NCBI GenBank assembly: GCA_963805855.1
Contig: CAWDVW010000007.1
Coordinates: 192,001-256,000 of the forward strand
Source of the DNA: Candidatus Dadabacteria bacterium
GTDB taxonomy: Bacteria > Desulfobacterota_D > UBA1144 > Nemesobacterales > CSP1-2
Reading direction: 5' to 3'
DNA length: 64,000 nt
Shown here in pieces: positions 18,676 to 30,703 of this stretch. Position numbers and translations under genes: made by a program. The notes under the pieces are model-generated. The model searched no databases. It was not told the DNA's origin and saw nothing but the letters and a program-made list of their open reading frames with translations. Positions within the stretch are counted from its first letter, which is position 1. Each line of letters opens with the position of its first letter.

Positions 18676-19518
18676 TTATGGTAACTTGCCTCTTATTTTG
18701 CGATTCCAGGAGGTATCTATTTCTGATAGCAGCCCTGTTAAGTCATTTATTACGTAATCTGGGATAAGATCGCCGCTATAAAGATCCGCCTCTTTTGTGG
18801 AGCCACTGAGCACAAGAATAGTTTTGATACCTGCTCTTTTGCCTCCAATTATATCGGAGTCCAGTCTGTCCCCGATCACCCCGGTCCTCTCTTTTGGACC
18901 TAAGTGCTTTCTTGTCATTGCCACTTCGAATATTATCTTCTCCGGTTTTCCGCCAATAATTGCTTTTTGTCCTGATGCAACCTCAATTGAGGCAAGCAAT
19001 GCACCTGTTGCAGGAACTAAGCCTTCCTCCGTGGGTATATATGGATCTCGGCTTGTTGCGTAGAAGTATGCACCATTCCTGATTGCAAGGGATGATATTT
19101 TAATTTCCTCATAATGAAAACCCGGGTGGCCGCCAATTATCACGAAATCAGCACCTTTGGCCTCCTCGCCCGCAACGAGTTCGAGGCCTGTCGTCTTGAT
19201 TTCGTCTTTTAGCGCCTTGCTACCAACTACGTAGGCTTTTCTATGTCTTACATCTTTGTGTTTTGACTTTATGTAATATGCTATTGCCGCACATGAAGTT
19301 ATTATATCCTGCGGTTTGGCCGGGAAACCAAATTTGTTTAGTTTTTCTGAATAATCATCAACCGAACTTCTCGGATCATTTGTGAGAAATATCAAAGTTT
19401 TGCGAAGGTCTTTCAAAATTAGGAGGGTTTCTATCGAGCCAGAAATAGGTTTTTCGCCGATATAGACAACTCCATCTAAATCTACAAGAAAGTGGTCAAA
19501 TTTATCAGAGAGTTTCAT
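18676..19518 (-). CDS. HAD-IIA family phosphatase (NagD-like)
   Basis: DLDGV, LTN, GKP, IGDRLDSDI.G. Confidence 0.93.
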   Translation of the reverse strand: MKLSDKFDHFLVDLDGVVYIGEKPISGSIETLLILKDLRKTLIFLTNDPRSSVDDYSEKLNKFGFPAKPQDIITSCAAIAYYIKSKHKDVRHRKAYVVGSKALKDEIKTTGLELVAGEEAKGADFVIIGGHPGFHYEEIKISSLAIRNGAYFYATSRDPYIPTEEGLVPATGALLASIEVASGQKAIIGGKPEKIIFEVAMTRKHLGPKERTGVIGDRLDSDIIGGKRAGIKTILVLSGSTKEADLYSGDLIPDYVINDLTGLLSEIDTSWNRKIRGKLP

Positions 19519-19594
19519 CAAGTAAACAAAACGAATGAATGTTTTATTGTACTGAGGTATATTTGGAATTTAATTTTAGAAATGTCGATAAAGA

Positions 19595-19918
19595 TTATTC
19601 CCAGATAAACTTCTTTAATAATTCTTGTTTGTCATGTTCTGTAACCGTTCGTTTTATGCGGATAGTTTTCATCTCATGATCCTCTACTAATTCAAGACCC
19701 ATAAAATTTAGAATGTCAGTAGCGGCTTGTCTGTACCCCTCATAGAATTCCTGTATTTCACCAGCTGCTCTGACGGTTGCGGAGTCAAGATATAGGGCAA
19801 TGGCCGCAAATTCCTTTGGGACATCGTTTCCGATCTCAAGCGAGTAATCTTCGAGAGTTTCAACCAAAATGTATCTTTCCCACATTTCTACTACTTTATC
19901 AAAATCCTCTATTTTCAT
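19595..19918 (-). CDS. Hypothetical protein
   Basis: 107-aa ORF with natural composition; no recognised motif. Confidence 0.7.
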   Translation of the reverse strand: MKIEDFDKVVEMWERYILVETLEDYSLEIGNDVPKEFAAIALYLDSATVRAAGEIQEFYEGYRQAATDILNFMGLELVEDHEMKTIRIKRTVTEHDKQELLKKFIWE

Positions 19919-20049
19919 TCTCTGCTGATCCTTATTTTAGATTTTCTATAGGATGTTCTGTAAAACACCGTATATAAATTGTATAACATAATATTTAAAC
20001 TATAAAAAGTTAACAACCACTGGCGACTTAACCTAATCGCTGGCTAATC

Positions 20050-20460
20050 TCATTGCCTTTTATCAAGTAGCTTACTCGCAACGATAATATTGTCTCTACC
20101 AGCAGTCTCGGCAATTTTAACTGCTTCATCCAGCGTTACGGAGGAAGAAAGTGTGGCAAGCTTAAGCAGCATGGGTAAATTTACTCCTGAAATAACTTCA
20201 ACCCTCTTATCCTCTAAAAAAGTGAAACTGATATTTGAGGGTGTACCGCCGAACATGTCGGTCACAAGAAGGATACCATCTCCCTCGTCCACCTTTTTTA
20301 TGGCTTTTTTTATGTTCTGGGTAAAGGTCTCAAATTCCATTCCCTGATCAAGACATAAGCCTTCAATCTTCACATTTGGGTTTCCGGAAATAACAAATTT
20401 TACGACCGAAATGAGCTCATCGGCTAATTTGCCATGCGTAACTACGACTATTCCTACCAT
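20050..20460 (-). CDS. PTS EIIA component, mannose/fructose family
   Basis: VVVTHG, TDMFGGTPSN, GVNLPML. Confidence 0.95.
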   Translation of the reverse strand: MVGIVVVTHGKLADELISVVKFVISGNPNVKIEGLCLDQGMEFETFTQNIKKAIKKVDEGDGILLVTDMFGGTPSNISFTFLEDKRVEVISGVNLPMLLKLATLSSSVTLDEAVKIAETAGRDNIIVASKLLDKRQ

Positions 20461-20469
20461 ATTTTCGCC

Positions 20470-21324
20470 TTAGTTTTTGAGTATATCTCTGTGACTCACC
20501 ATCGGGGAAAAGTGTTTTAGCCTTTTTGAAATTTCATTAACCATGACAACGGATCTGTGTTTACCTCCGGTGCACCCGACTGCTATTGTTAGATAAGATT
20601 TACCTTCCTTTTTGTATCTGGGGATTAAGAATTCAAAAAGGTCAACTACCTTGTCGATGAACTTTGTTGTATCTTCCTGCTCAGTGACGAAATCTATTAC
20701 TTCCTTATCTAATCCGTTTAAATCTTTTAGGTGTTCGATAAAATATGGATTTGTGAGAAATCTGACATCCATTACTATATCTGCGTCATAGGGATAACCA
20801 TAACTCGTCCCGAATGACATTAAAGTAACATAAATATTATTGTTGGTCGATTCGCCAAATCTATCTTGGACCAGTGCCCTTAGTTCATGTACGTTTAAAG
20901 AAGACGTGTCGATTAAGTGGTCCGCAATCTTAGACACTATCGACAGTCTCTCTCTTTCCATGGCAATCACCTCAAGTATGTTACCATCTGTGGAAAGGGG
21001 GTGTTTTCTCCTGGTGTTCTTATACCGTTTAACAAGTGCTTCATCTGAAGAATCTAAAAATAGTATCTCAAAATTATATCCCTTCTCTCTGAGTTCTCTT
21101 ATCATGTTTATGGAATAATTGAAGAAATCTCCCTCTCTTATGTCTATCACAAGGGCGGCTTTCGCCATCTGACCTAAGTACGTAGAGCGTAGATCAATAA
21201 AATTAACAAGCAGCGGAGGGGGCAGATTATCAACACAATAATAGCCAACGTCTTCGAGTGCCCTCATTGCCGTGCTTTTTCCTGAGCCCGACATTCCACT
21301 TAAAATCAAAAGACGATCCATCAT
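20470..21324 (-). CDS. rapZ: RNase adapter RapZ (YhbJ/YvcJ) P-loop protein
   Basis: GMSGSGKS, DNLP, DVRFL.NP, GCTGGKHRSV. Confidence 0.96.
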   Translation of the reverse strand: MMDRLLILSGMSGSGKSTAMRALEDVGYYCVDNLPPPLLVNFIDLRSTYLGQMAKAALVIDIREGDFFNYSINMIRELREKGYNFEILFLDSSDEALVKRYKNTRRKHPLSTDGNILEVIAMERERLSIVSKIADHLIDTSSLNVHELRALVQDRFGESTNNNIYVTLMSFGTSYGYPYDADIVMDVRFLTNPYFIEHLKDLNGLDKEVIDFVTEQEDTTKFIDKVVDLFEFLIPRYKKEGKSYLTIAVGCTGGKHRSVVMVNEISKRLKHFSPMVSHRDILKN

Positions 21325-21346
21325 TATCCCTTTTTCGATAGCTTAA

Positions 21347-22282
21347 TTATCTGGTGAAATCTCCCACAGGAGCTGACTTATGCCTTTTTTTAATGAGTTG
21401 ATTTCTTACAGCGACGTCGACCACCGTAGAGGTATTCCTTCCCGGGCTTACCGGTATAACAAGATATGGCACTTCGACATCCATCACTTTATAACTTCTC
21501 TGATCCAGTCCCAGACGATCATAGTTTTCTTCAGGGTTCCATTGAGACATCTCTATTACCATATCAATTTCCCTTTTATCCATAACTGATGTGGTTCCAA
21601 ATAAGTCCTTTATATTAACTATTCCTATCCCTCGAATCTCCATTAAGTGCCGTATATTTCCTGGACCACTCCCCATCAATGTCGATATGCCGATCTTCCT
21701 TATTTCAACTATGTCATCTGCAATCAATTTAGATCCTCTTAAAATCAGGTCGAGTGCACATTCGCTTTTACCGATGCCGCTTTTACCTAGTATTAGTACC
21801 CCTAGACTATGTATATCTATTAACACTCCGTGCTTGGTTATAAAAGGTGCAAGCCTTTCTTCAAGGATATAATTTAGCGTTGAGATCAGTCGTCCCGTGT
21901 ACAAATCGGTGACGAATAATGGGACTTTTCTTTTTTGAAATGTTCTCTTCAGTAGGTCTGGCGGATTCAATCCCTTAGAGATGATATAACAAGGGATATC
22001 CTTCTCCGCGAGAACATCAGCAATCTTTTTCTGTTTGACCGGTGGAAGGCGGTCAAGGAAATTTAACTCTGTTCTACCAAAGATTTGTATTTTCCCATCT
22101 TCTAGCTGGATATTGGATTCGATCATCCTTAGACCAGGTTTCTGAACCCTGTCTAATTTGATATTTCGATTAAGCCCTTTCTTGCCGGCAACTAAGTTGA
22201 GTCCTAGATCTTTCCTCCATGAATTATATAACTCTTGAACCTTAAAAGCGGTATTTGCATTAGATCTTTGCATCTTCTTCAA
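21347..22282 (-). CDS. hprK: HPr kinase/phosphorylase
   Basis: HGVL, GKSGIGKSE, LIADD, EIRGIGI. Confidence 0.96.
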   Translation of the reverse strand: MKKMQRSNANTAFKVQELYNSWRKDLGLNLVAGKKGLNRNIKLDRVQKPGLRMIESNIQLEDGKIQIFGRTELNFLDRLPPVKQKKIADVLAEKDIPCYIISKGLNPPDLLKRTFQKRKVPLFVTDLYTGRLISTLNYILEERLAPFITKHGVLIDIHSLGVLILGKSGIGKSECALDLILRGSKLIADDIVEIRKIGISTLMGSGPGNIRHLMEIRGIGIVNIKDLFGTTSVMDKREIDMVIEMSQWNPEENYDRLGLDQRSYKVMDVEVPYLVIPVSPGRNTSTVVDVAVRNQLIKKRHKSAPVGDFTR

Positions 22283-22685
22283 TAATCATATTATATAGCT
22301 CTTCTTCTGTTTGCGCGTCCATTAGTCGAGAGCGGAATTCAGGATTTTTAAAGATCCGGGAAATTCTAGCCAAGAGCTTTAGATGTACACCCGAGGAACT
22401 TTCGGGAGCTAATAACAATATAAAAAGATGAGTAGGATTACCATCCAGTGACTCGAAATCGATTCCTTCAACACTCCTAGCAAAAGCCGCTACTATATTT
22501 GATAGACCGCTTATCTTGCCATGGGGTATGGCTACGCCTTCATCGACCGCGGTGCTGCATAGTTTTTCACGCTCGAGGAGCACTGAAACGAGGTTATCTC
22601 TGCTTAAATTTAGATACTGTTCGGTTACTCGTTCCGCGAGTTCCCGAATTGCATCCGGTTTAGACTTAGCTTTAAGGTTTAACAT
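22260..22685 (-). CDS. ptsN: PTS EIIA(Ntr)
   Basis: LLERE..STA...GVAIPH; operon position. The start may lie slightly upstream. Confidence 0.9.
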   Translation of the reverse strand: MLNLKAKSKPDAIRELAERVTEQYLNLSRDNLVSVLLEREKLCSTAVDEGVAIPHGKISGLSNIVAAFARSVEGIDFESLDGNPTHLFILLLAPESSSGVHLKLLARISRIFKNPEFRSRLMDAQTEEELYNMIIEEDAKI

Positions 22686-22738
22686 TGCTAATTCCTTCCC
22701 TAAAACATCCGCTATCCCTAAAACCCTTTTTTGAGCGA

Positions 22739-23281
22739 CTATGGGGTTATTAATTCTATGGTTCCCCCTTTTGTTTTATGCAGAATATTCATCGCTCCGG
22801 TTTCGCTATTTTTAAATGCGACAAATCCAAACTGTGACACATTTAACTGCAGCAATGCTTCTTCAACCGACATTGGTTTTTTGGGGAGCTTCCTGACCCA
22901 AATAGTACCAGCCTCTGTGTTTTCAGTTGGCTGATCCGATATCAGAGCAGGTTTTATTTTTATACTTTCTCTCCTTTTTGTTTTAATCTTTTTATCAGTT
23001 TGCTTTTTTAGTTGTTTAATTATTGAGTTGATGGATTTGTCAATAGCCAAATGCATAGCCTCCGAATTGACGGATGACGTTGCTTTAAAATTACCGCTGG
23101 TTAAAATCCCTTCGACAGAGTTTCTGAATTTCTCTACGGATAGAACAAATCTCAGTTCTGAAGGATCCTTAGCGGGATTTATGTATCGGTTAAATCTTTT
23201 GACCCTTTTCAGAATATATTGTCGCAAGCTTTCAGATTGTTTTTGATCGTTTATGTGTCTTACTGTTATCGTGATCTTCAT
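22739..23281 (-). CDS. hpf: Ribosome hibernation factor (long HPF/RaiA)
   Basis: MKITIT.RH, LSVEK.R, KPMSVEEALLQL C-terminal domain. Confidence 0.9.
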   Translation of the reverse strand: MKITITVRHINDQKQSESLRQYILKRVKRFNRYINPAKDPSELRFVLSVEKFRNSVEGILTSGNFKATSSVNSEAMHLAIDKSINSIIKQLKKQTDKKIKTKRRESIKIKPALISDQPTENTEAGTIWVRKLPKKPMSVEEALLQLNVSQFGFVAFKNSETGAMNILHKTKGGTIELITP

Positions 23282-23285
23282 TTCC

Positions 23286-24785
23286 TCATCCCTTTATTGA
23301 TGTTCGCTCATGTGAAGGCGGAATTTTCATCATTTTTCTATACTTAGAAATCGTTCTTCGAGCGAGCTTTATTTTCTTTCGTTCGAGTATCCTTGATATA
23401 TCCTCGTCCGAATATGGGCTTTCTGGTAATTCGTTATCGATAATATCCCTAAGAATCGACTTTACGCGCTCGAATGAGATGCTTTCTCCAACCAAAGTTT
23501 CTATTTTCCTCGAAAATAGAGATTTAAGCTCAATTAGTCCTTGTGGGGTGTAAATATACCTCCTACTCGTTATTCGACTTACTGTTGATTCGTGCACATT
23601 AACATCTTCATGCTGTGCTATGTCTTTTAACCTTAGAGGTTTTATATGTTCCCGACCGTGTTCGAAAAAATCCTTCTGATGATCGATGATCTTGGCTATG
23701 ACTTTCCTGATTGCCGAATCGCGTTCTTCGAGACACTTAATTATTCTCTGAGCTGACTCAAGCTTTTCTTTAATGTATTTTTTTACATCTGAAGGCAGTT
23801 TCCCCTTATTTAAAAGGTTTTTATAATAATGGCTAACCCTCACTTTCGGCCTGTCTCTATTTAACTGTAATTGCAGTTCATCTCCGACCTTATATATATA
23901 AAAATCAGGAACTATGTGTTTCTCCGAATCTTTGGAGTAAAACGGTCGTCCGGGTTTTGGTTCGAGCCTTGAGATTACATGTACGGCTTTCTTTGCTTCT
24001 TGTTCTTTAATACCCAAGCTGTTAGCGATTTCGTCATATCGTTTCTTACTGACATCATCCAGGTGATTATTTACTATGCTTGTTTCCACTCCGCTATCGT
24101 GATACCCAAGTTCCTTCAGTTGAATTAGTAGCGATTCTTTTAAGTCTCTGGCACACACACCCGGAGGGTCAAAGGAGGATTGAATTTTTTTTAGTACAGC
24201 CTCGATCGTACTAATGTCGATGTCCATCGGCCCTGGAGTATATTCTGGACCATCGTCTTCAACCGACAGATTTGACTCCGAGCCTCGATCCGCTTCGCGA
24301 ATCGATTTGCCTAACATTGAAACAATTTCATCTAACCCCGCCTCAAGATAACCATCTTCGTTTATGTTGCCGATTATGATGGATGCGATATGCCTTTCAA
24401 AAGCTGTTAAATCTAAAAGCGCAAGCTGCCACCTCAGGTAGTCTATAAGAGAGTCAGTCGAAGAAACGCTGTTTTCCCAAGAATAGTCATCTTCACTATC
24501 ATTGCTGAAATCTCTAGTAAAAGGTATGTCATCGTTTATACTTGGCATGGGTCCTGTGTCTTCGAGTTTAGAATCTACCTGACCTTCTGAACTGCTTTCT
24601 CCCTTATCACTTATTTCTTGGATCTCTTCCAACGCTGGATTTTCAAGCAGTTGTTCTTCGAGATACTCAGAAAGTTCAATGGTGGTCATTTGTATGAGCC
24701 TTAAGAATAACTGCAGGTCTTGGGTTAAAATGAGACGTTGTTGCTGGAGAAGCCTTGGAGTAGTTTTTAATTCGATTGAACTCAT
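23286..24785 (-). CDS. rpoN: RNA polymerase sigma-54 factor
   Basis: Q/L-rich region I, PPGVCARDL, PKPG, HESTVSR, ARRTISKYR RpoN box. Confidence 0.97.
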   Translation of the reverse strand: MSSIELKTTPRLLQQQRLILTQDLQLFLRLIQMTTIELSEYLEEQLLENPALEEIQEISDKGESSSEGQVDSKLEDTGPMPSINDDIPFTRDFSNDSEDDYSWENSVSSTDSLIDYLRWQLALLDLTAFERHIASIIIGNINEDGYLEAGLDEIVSMLGKSIREADRGSESNLSVEDDGPEYTPGPMDIDISTIEAVLKKIQSSFDPPGVCARDLKESLLIQLKELGYHDSGVETSIVNNHLDDVSKKRYDEIANSLGIKEQEAKKAVHVISRLEPKPGRPFYSKDSEKHIVPDFYIYKVGDELQLQLNRDRPKVRVSHYYKNLLNKGKLPSDVKKYIKEKLESAQRIIKCLEERDSAIRKVIAKIIDHQKDFFEHGREHIKPLRLKDIAQHEDVNVHESTVSRITSRRYIYTPQGLIELKSLFSRKIETLVGESISFERVKSILRDIIDNELPESPYSDEDISRILERKKIKLARRTISKYRKMMKIPPSHERTSIKG

Positions 24786-24954
24786 TGTTGAATTCTACAT
24801 TTTCGTTTAATGTATTTATTAGATAGATTAAATCTTTACTTCCTAAACTTCCAGCACCCTCGGTTTCGGATTTATCAATATTCCTGATAGATTGCGATTA
24901 AAGCTTACCATTATATAATTTACTGTAAAGATAAATATCAAGAGGGTTGGGTCA

Positions 24955-25179
24955 ATGGAAATTCAGTCTTTAGGGAAAATAATACTTTTAATGGGAATAT
25001 TTCTTGTGGTGTTTGGGTCGCTTATTTTATTATCCCCGAAGATCCCCTTCATCGGAAGGTTGCCTGGGGATATCCTTATAAAACGAGATAACTTTACATT
25101 TTTTTTCCCTCTAGCTTCCTCGATCGTTATCAGTTTGATAATAACGATAATTTTGAATCTCCTATTGGGAAGGAGGTAA
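24955..25179 (+). CDS. DUF2905 family small membrane protein
   Basis: GRLPGDI...NFTFFFPLASSIVIS. Confidence 0.9.
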   Translation: MEIQSLGKIILLMGIFLVVFGSLILLSPKIPFIGRLPGDILIKRDNFTFFFPLASSIVISLIITIILNLLLGRR

Positions 25180-25651
25180 TATCTAAACAAATTCTTTCAT
25201 TAGGTTCTTGGATGATTTCAAACTCAATGACGTTGAATTTGGTATACTTTCTCCCAACGATTTCGGATCCTAGGTGTGTGCAGGTTGTTTTTTGTAACAT
25301 GACGTCATCTGACGCTACCAACGACTGGCTTACTGTTTAATAAAAATAAGACGGTCTATCAATAACTATTTGCTATTTTTTGTTGTTGGTGGATTGAACC
25401 TCGGAATTGTTAAATAAATATTTTAAAAACTGTGGATCAATCTTGTGAAGATAAGTTTTCCGTTTAAGAATTGTGGAAAAAGATGGGGCGTCTGGCTTAA
25501 TATATGACTTTAAGTCTGATACTTAACCTCCAGAAATAAATATATAGTTAAATTAAATTCTACGAGCGATTTCGATTGCCTGATATTAAGACATCCGATA
25601 AAGTTATTTTAGCTTAAAGACAAGGGATTTTCCTGGCGAGATAATTATTTA

Positions 25652-26275
25652 TCAGGTATCAATTTCTGGAATTGCCCATTTCCGTTGATGCCAGATTTTC
25701 TCTTCATATGCTATGATTTTATCCTCATGTTGTAGGGTATGAGCGATATCATCCAGTCCTTCCAGCAGAGTCCTCTTCTTGAATGAATCTATTTCAAAAT
25801 TGATAACCCATCCCTCATAATCAGCTATGGTCTGTCGCTCCAAATCTACCGTCAGCGAGTACTCGTTTTTAGAGTGAACTTTCAGAAAAAGCTCATCAAC
25901 TGTACTCTTATGAAGAGTGATTGGGAGTATGGCATTTTTGAAACAATTGTTATAGAAAATATCGGCAAATGATGGGGCGATAATAACTTCAAATCCGTAT
26001 TCCCTTAGAGCCCAGGGCGCGTGTTCCCTGGAGCTTCCGCTGCCAAAGTTGTCTCTTGCAAGTAGTATCTTTGCTCCTTTATACCGTTTCTTATTCAATA
26101 CAAACTCTGGATTTAAAGATCCATCGTCGGTATATCTCCAGTCATAGAAGAGGAACTCGCCGAAACCGGTTCGTTCGATGCGCTTCAGAAACTGTTTGGG
26201 AATGATTTGATCGGTATCCACATTTATTTTGTCTAGGGGAACTACAATACTTGAGACAATCGATAATGGTTCCAT
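25652..26275 (-). CDS. leuD: 3-isopropylmalate dehydratase small subunit
   Basis: NVDTDQIIPKQFLK, NFGSGSSREHAPWAL; AAGGA RBS before ATG 26275. Confidence 0.97.
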   Translation of the reverse strand: MEPLSIVSSIVVPLDKINVDTDQIIPKQFLKRIERTGFGEFLFYDWRYTDDGSLNPEFVLNKKRYKGAKILLARDNFGSGSSREHAPWALREYGFEVIIAPSFADIFYNNCFKNAILPITLHKSTVDELFLKVHSKNEYSLTVDLERQTIADYEGWVINFEIDSFKKRTLLEGLDDIAHTLQHEDKIIAYEEKIWHQRKWAIPEIDT

Positions 26276-26286
26276 AATTTTTCCTT

Positions 26287-27711
26287 TTAAAGATCTCTGT
26301 CTAAGTCCCAATTCCGTATATCTATAAAATGTCCCTCAATTGCCGCTGCAGCGGCCATTATCGGACTTACTAAATGGGTTCTACCGCCTTTTCCCTGACG
26401 CCCCTCGAAATTTCTGTTTGAAGTGCTTGCACATCTCTCCCCGGGCGCAAGTATATCGGGATTCATCCCTAGACACATGCTGCACCCAGATTCGCGCCAT
26501 TCAAATCCCGCCTCTGTGAAGATCTTGTCAAGTCCTAACTTCTCGGCTTCAGATTTAACCATCTGAGATCCCGGCACCACCATTGCCCTTATGTTTGAGG
26601 CCACTTTTTTGCCCTTTACCACTTTCGCCGCCGCGGTTAAATCTTCAAGTCTGGAATTCGTGCAGGAACCAATAAACACCCTATCTAAGGCAATTTCTTG
26701 AATTGGTGTCTTTGGCTTAAGCCCCATATACTCTAGAGCGCTTTTGGCCGCCTTTCGAATTGCCGGATCAGAAAACGAAGTTGGGTCGGGAACAATTCCG
26801 ACTACGTCTGTCACCATTCCCGGATTAGTTCCCCAACTCACTTGAGGAGCCATGACAGATGCGTCGAAGGTAACCGACTTATCGAATACCGCGCCATCAT
26901 CTGTCTTCAGTTTTTGCCATTCTGAAACTGCTTCCTCAAATTCAATGCCTTTTGGAGCATAAAGTCTCCCGTCAATGTACTCGAAGGTCTTTTCATCGGG
27001 AGCGATCATTCCTGCTCGTGCGCCCGCTTCTATTGACATATTGCAAATTGTCATCCGTTCTTCCATTGATAGAGCCTCGATAGCTTTTCCTCTATACTCA
27101 ATAACCGTTCCAGTTGCACCCGCTGTTCCTATGTAGCCAATAATACTCAGGATTATATCTTTAGCTGTTACTCCTCTTGATCTGGCTCCGTTTACTTTGA
27201 CCTCAAAAACGCTGGGTCGGCTTTGCCTGAGACATTGAGTTGCGAGCACGTGTTCTACTTCGCTCGTGCCAATACCAAAAGCTAGGGCTCCAAAGGCACC
27301 ATGAGTTGAAGTATGACTGTCGCCGCAAACGATTGTCATTCCGGGCTTGGTGAGTCCAAGTTCTGGTCCAATTACATGCACGATCCCCTGTAAATGACTA
27401 TTTATGCTGAGGCCAAATAATTCGATTCCAAATTCTTTACAATTTGCTCTTAGCGTATCCATCTGCTTCTTTGATATGGGATCATCAATCGGTAAGTTTC
27501 TTGCGCTTGTTGGTACATTATGGTCCTTGGTTGCGAAGGTCAGGTCTGGCCTTCTTAGCATTCTTCCTGAAAGGCGGAGGCCTTCGAAGGCTTGTGGTGA
27601 GGTGACCTCGTGGACAAGGTGTAAGTCAATATAGAGAAGAGTTGGTTGACCCTCTTCCTCATAAACGACGTGGGATTTCCAAATTTTATCAAACAGTGTT
27701 TCGGTTGCCAT
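26287..27711 (-). CDS. leuC: 3-isopropylmalate dehydratase large subunit
   Basis: [42 protein letters not shown]. Confidence 0.98.
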   Translation of the reverse strand: MATETLFDKIWKSHVVYEEEGQPTLLYIDLHLVHEVTSPQAFEGLRLSGRMLRRPDLTFATKDHNVPTSARNLPIDDPISKKQMDTLRANCKEFGIELFGLSINSHLQGIVHVIGPELGLTKPGMTIVCGDSHTSTHGAFGALAFGIGTSEVEHVLATQCLRQSRPSVFEVKVNGARSRGVTAKDIILSIIGYIGTAGATGTVIEYRGKAIEALSMEERMTICNMSIEAGARAGMIAPDEKTFEYIDGRLYAPKGIEFEEAVSEWQKLKTDDGAVFDKSVTFDASVMAPQVSWGTNPGMVTDVVGIVPDPTSFSDPAIRKAAKSALEYMGLKPKTPIQEIALDRVFIGSCTNSRLEDLTAAAKVVKGKKVASNIRAMVVPGSQMVKSEAEKLGLDKIFTEAGFEWRESGCSMCLGMNPDILAPGERCASTSNRNFEGRQGKGGRTHLVSPIMAAAAAIEGHFIDIRNWDLDRDL

Positions 27712-27950
27712 ATGTCAGTCGGGTAATTTTGCTTTAACTCGTAATTATACATGAAAAATTTTTAAGTCTAATTTCGGCCATTCTGGCCGGGATCAAAATG
27801 GGGACTAGACAGGTTTGACGATCGTAAATAAACCATGTATTTAACACAGACGAAAGTCGGCGTTTTATTGCGCGGGCAGTCGTCACGGATAATTACAAAA
27901 TCTTTGCTTGAACAAAAGCAGCGCAGAACACTGGTTGCATGCAATTATTT

Positions 27951-27978
27951 GTAGAGACGCAAAATTTTGCGTCTCTAC
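27951..27978. repeat. GTAG-family REP, perfect 28-bp palindrome
   Basis: GTAGAGACGCAAAATTTTGCGTCTCTAC between eno and leuC. Confidence 0.8.
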
Positions 27979-28033
27979 GATTTAATGTGAATGCTGGATT
28001 TCCCATGCTGAAGTTGAATCAGCATCTGGAGGT

Positions 28034-29344
<1,311 letters not shown>

Positions 29345-29534
29345 TTACCATAATACTATACGGCTAGCAAATTTTCATGGGCGATAGCGAATTTATCGGT
29401 GATAATGGTTATTTCTGACATCCTGTGGATACTTCGTAATCTTGAAATTATAATGGTAAAGGAATCGGACGGTTTCCGAAGAGAATTATATTTAGTCTAC
29501 ATAGCATATTTGGTTAATAAAAACAAGAAATAAT

Positions 29535-30656
29535 ATGAAGGTCCTAATGCTCAGTTATGAATTTCCCCCATTGGGAGGGGGTGGAGCCAAGGTCGTTTAT
29601 GGATTAACAAATGAACTGGCCAGGCTGGGACATGAGGTTGATATTGTTACCATGGGATTTAGAAACCTGCCTAAACATGAAAAATTAGACGATACTAATA
29701 TCTATAGAGTTCCTTGTCTTAGAACTAGCGAGTCAATTTGCTCAACACCCGAAATGGTCTCATACGCATTGTCTGCAATTCCGTTTGTTTTAAGACTTAT
29801 AAAGAGCAAACATTATGATATCAATCATACCCATTTTATCTTCCCGGATGGTCTAGTCTCCTATCTGATGAAGAAGATAACAAGACTACCCTACATTATC
29901 ACGGCACATGGTTCTGATGTGCCCGGTTATAATCCCGATCGATTTAGAATTGAGCATAAGATTCTTTCACCGCTCTGGAAAAAGATTGTTAAGGATGCGG
30001 ATCAACTTGTTTGCCTTAGCGAAACCCTTAAATCACTCGTGAATGAACATTACTCCGGTGATAATGTCTCTGTGATCCCAAATGCAATAGATTTGGATAG
30101 ATTTGAGCCAGTCAAAAAAAAGCATAAAAAAATACTTATTGTAAGCAGGATGTTTGAAAGAAAAGGAATCCAACACTTTCTAAAGGCCTTGGATGGATTA
30201 GAAAATAACCATGATATAAACATAGTTGGTGACGGCCCCTATTTGCAAACCCTTAAACAGATGGTTGATGGCCAGAGTAAAAAGATTAAGTTTTGGGGAT
30301 GGCTTGACCATACATCAAGTGAATTAAGGGACTTATATCAGACTTCTAGCGTTTTTGTGTTTCCGTCTGAGTCTGAGAATTTTCCAATTGTCCTCTTGGA
30401 GGCAATGGCAGCGGGTTTAGCAATAATTACAACGAAAAATACAGGGTGTGAGGAGGTGGTTGGAGATTCGGCCTTATTGGTTGAATCAAGAAATCCCATA
30501 GCTATAAGTGGGGCGTTAACTATGCTTATCGATAATCCTGGGTTATGTAGGGAGTTGGGAAAGGCAGCGAGAAGTAGAGTCGAGAACAATTTCAATTGGA
30601 CTGCTGTTGCTGGGCAATATACTAAGTTGTATAAGAAATATGCAATTAACCAGTAG
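29535..30656 (+). CDS. Glycosyltransferase family 4
   Basis: EFPPLGGGG, HGSDVPG, ENFPIVLLEAMA. Confidence 0.93.
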   Translation: MKVLMLSYEFPPLGGGGAKVVYGLTNELARLGHEVDIVTMGFRNLPKHEKLDDTNIYRVPCLRTSESICSTPEMVSYALSAIPFVLRLIKSKHYDINHTHFIFPDGLVSYLMKKITRLPYIITAHGSDVPGYNPDRFRIEHKILSPLWKKIVKDADQLVCLSETLKSLVNEHYSGDNVSVIPNAIDLDRFEPVKKKHKKILIVSRMFERKGIQHFLKALDGLENNHDINIVGDGPYLQTLKQMVDGQSKKIKFWGWLDHTSSELRDLYQTSSVFVFPSESENFPIVLLEAMAAGLAIITTKNTGCEEVVGDSALLVESRNPIAISGALTMLIDNPGLCRELGKAARSRVENNFNWTAVAGQYTKLYKKYAINQ

Positions 30657-30703
30657 TCTTATATATGATATAATACAAATTGAGTTTTTTATTTGATTTC
30701 AGT

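Noticed and set aside
22686-22738. N-terminal extension of ptsN (LGIADVLGKELA) implying an unusual start
   Set aside because: Looks homologous but has no plausible start codon at suitable RBS spacing; cannot be resolved from sequence alone
25525-25620. dif-like sequences (ACATCCGATAA-N6-..., ...TATAGTTAAAT)
   Set aside because: Neither has a good XerC arm and a TTATGTTAAAT-like XerD arm together
27712-27950. Leu attenuator or T-box upstream of leuC
   Set aside because: No Leu-rich leader peptide with terminator and no T-box sequence found
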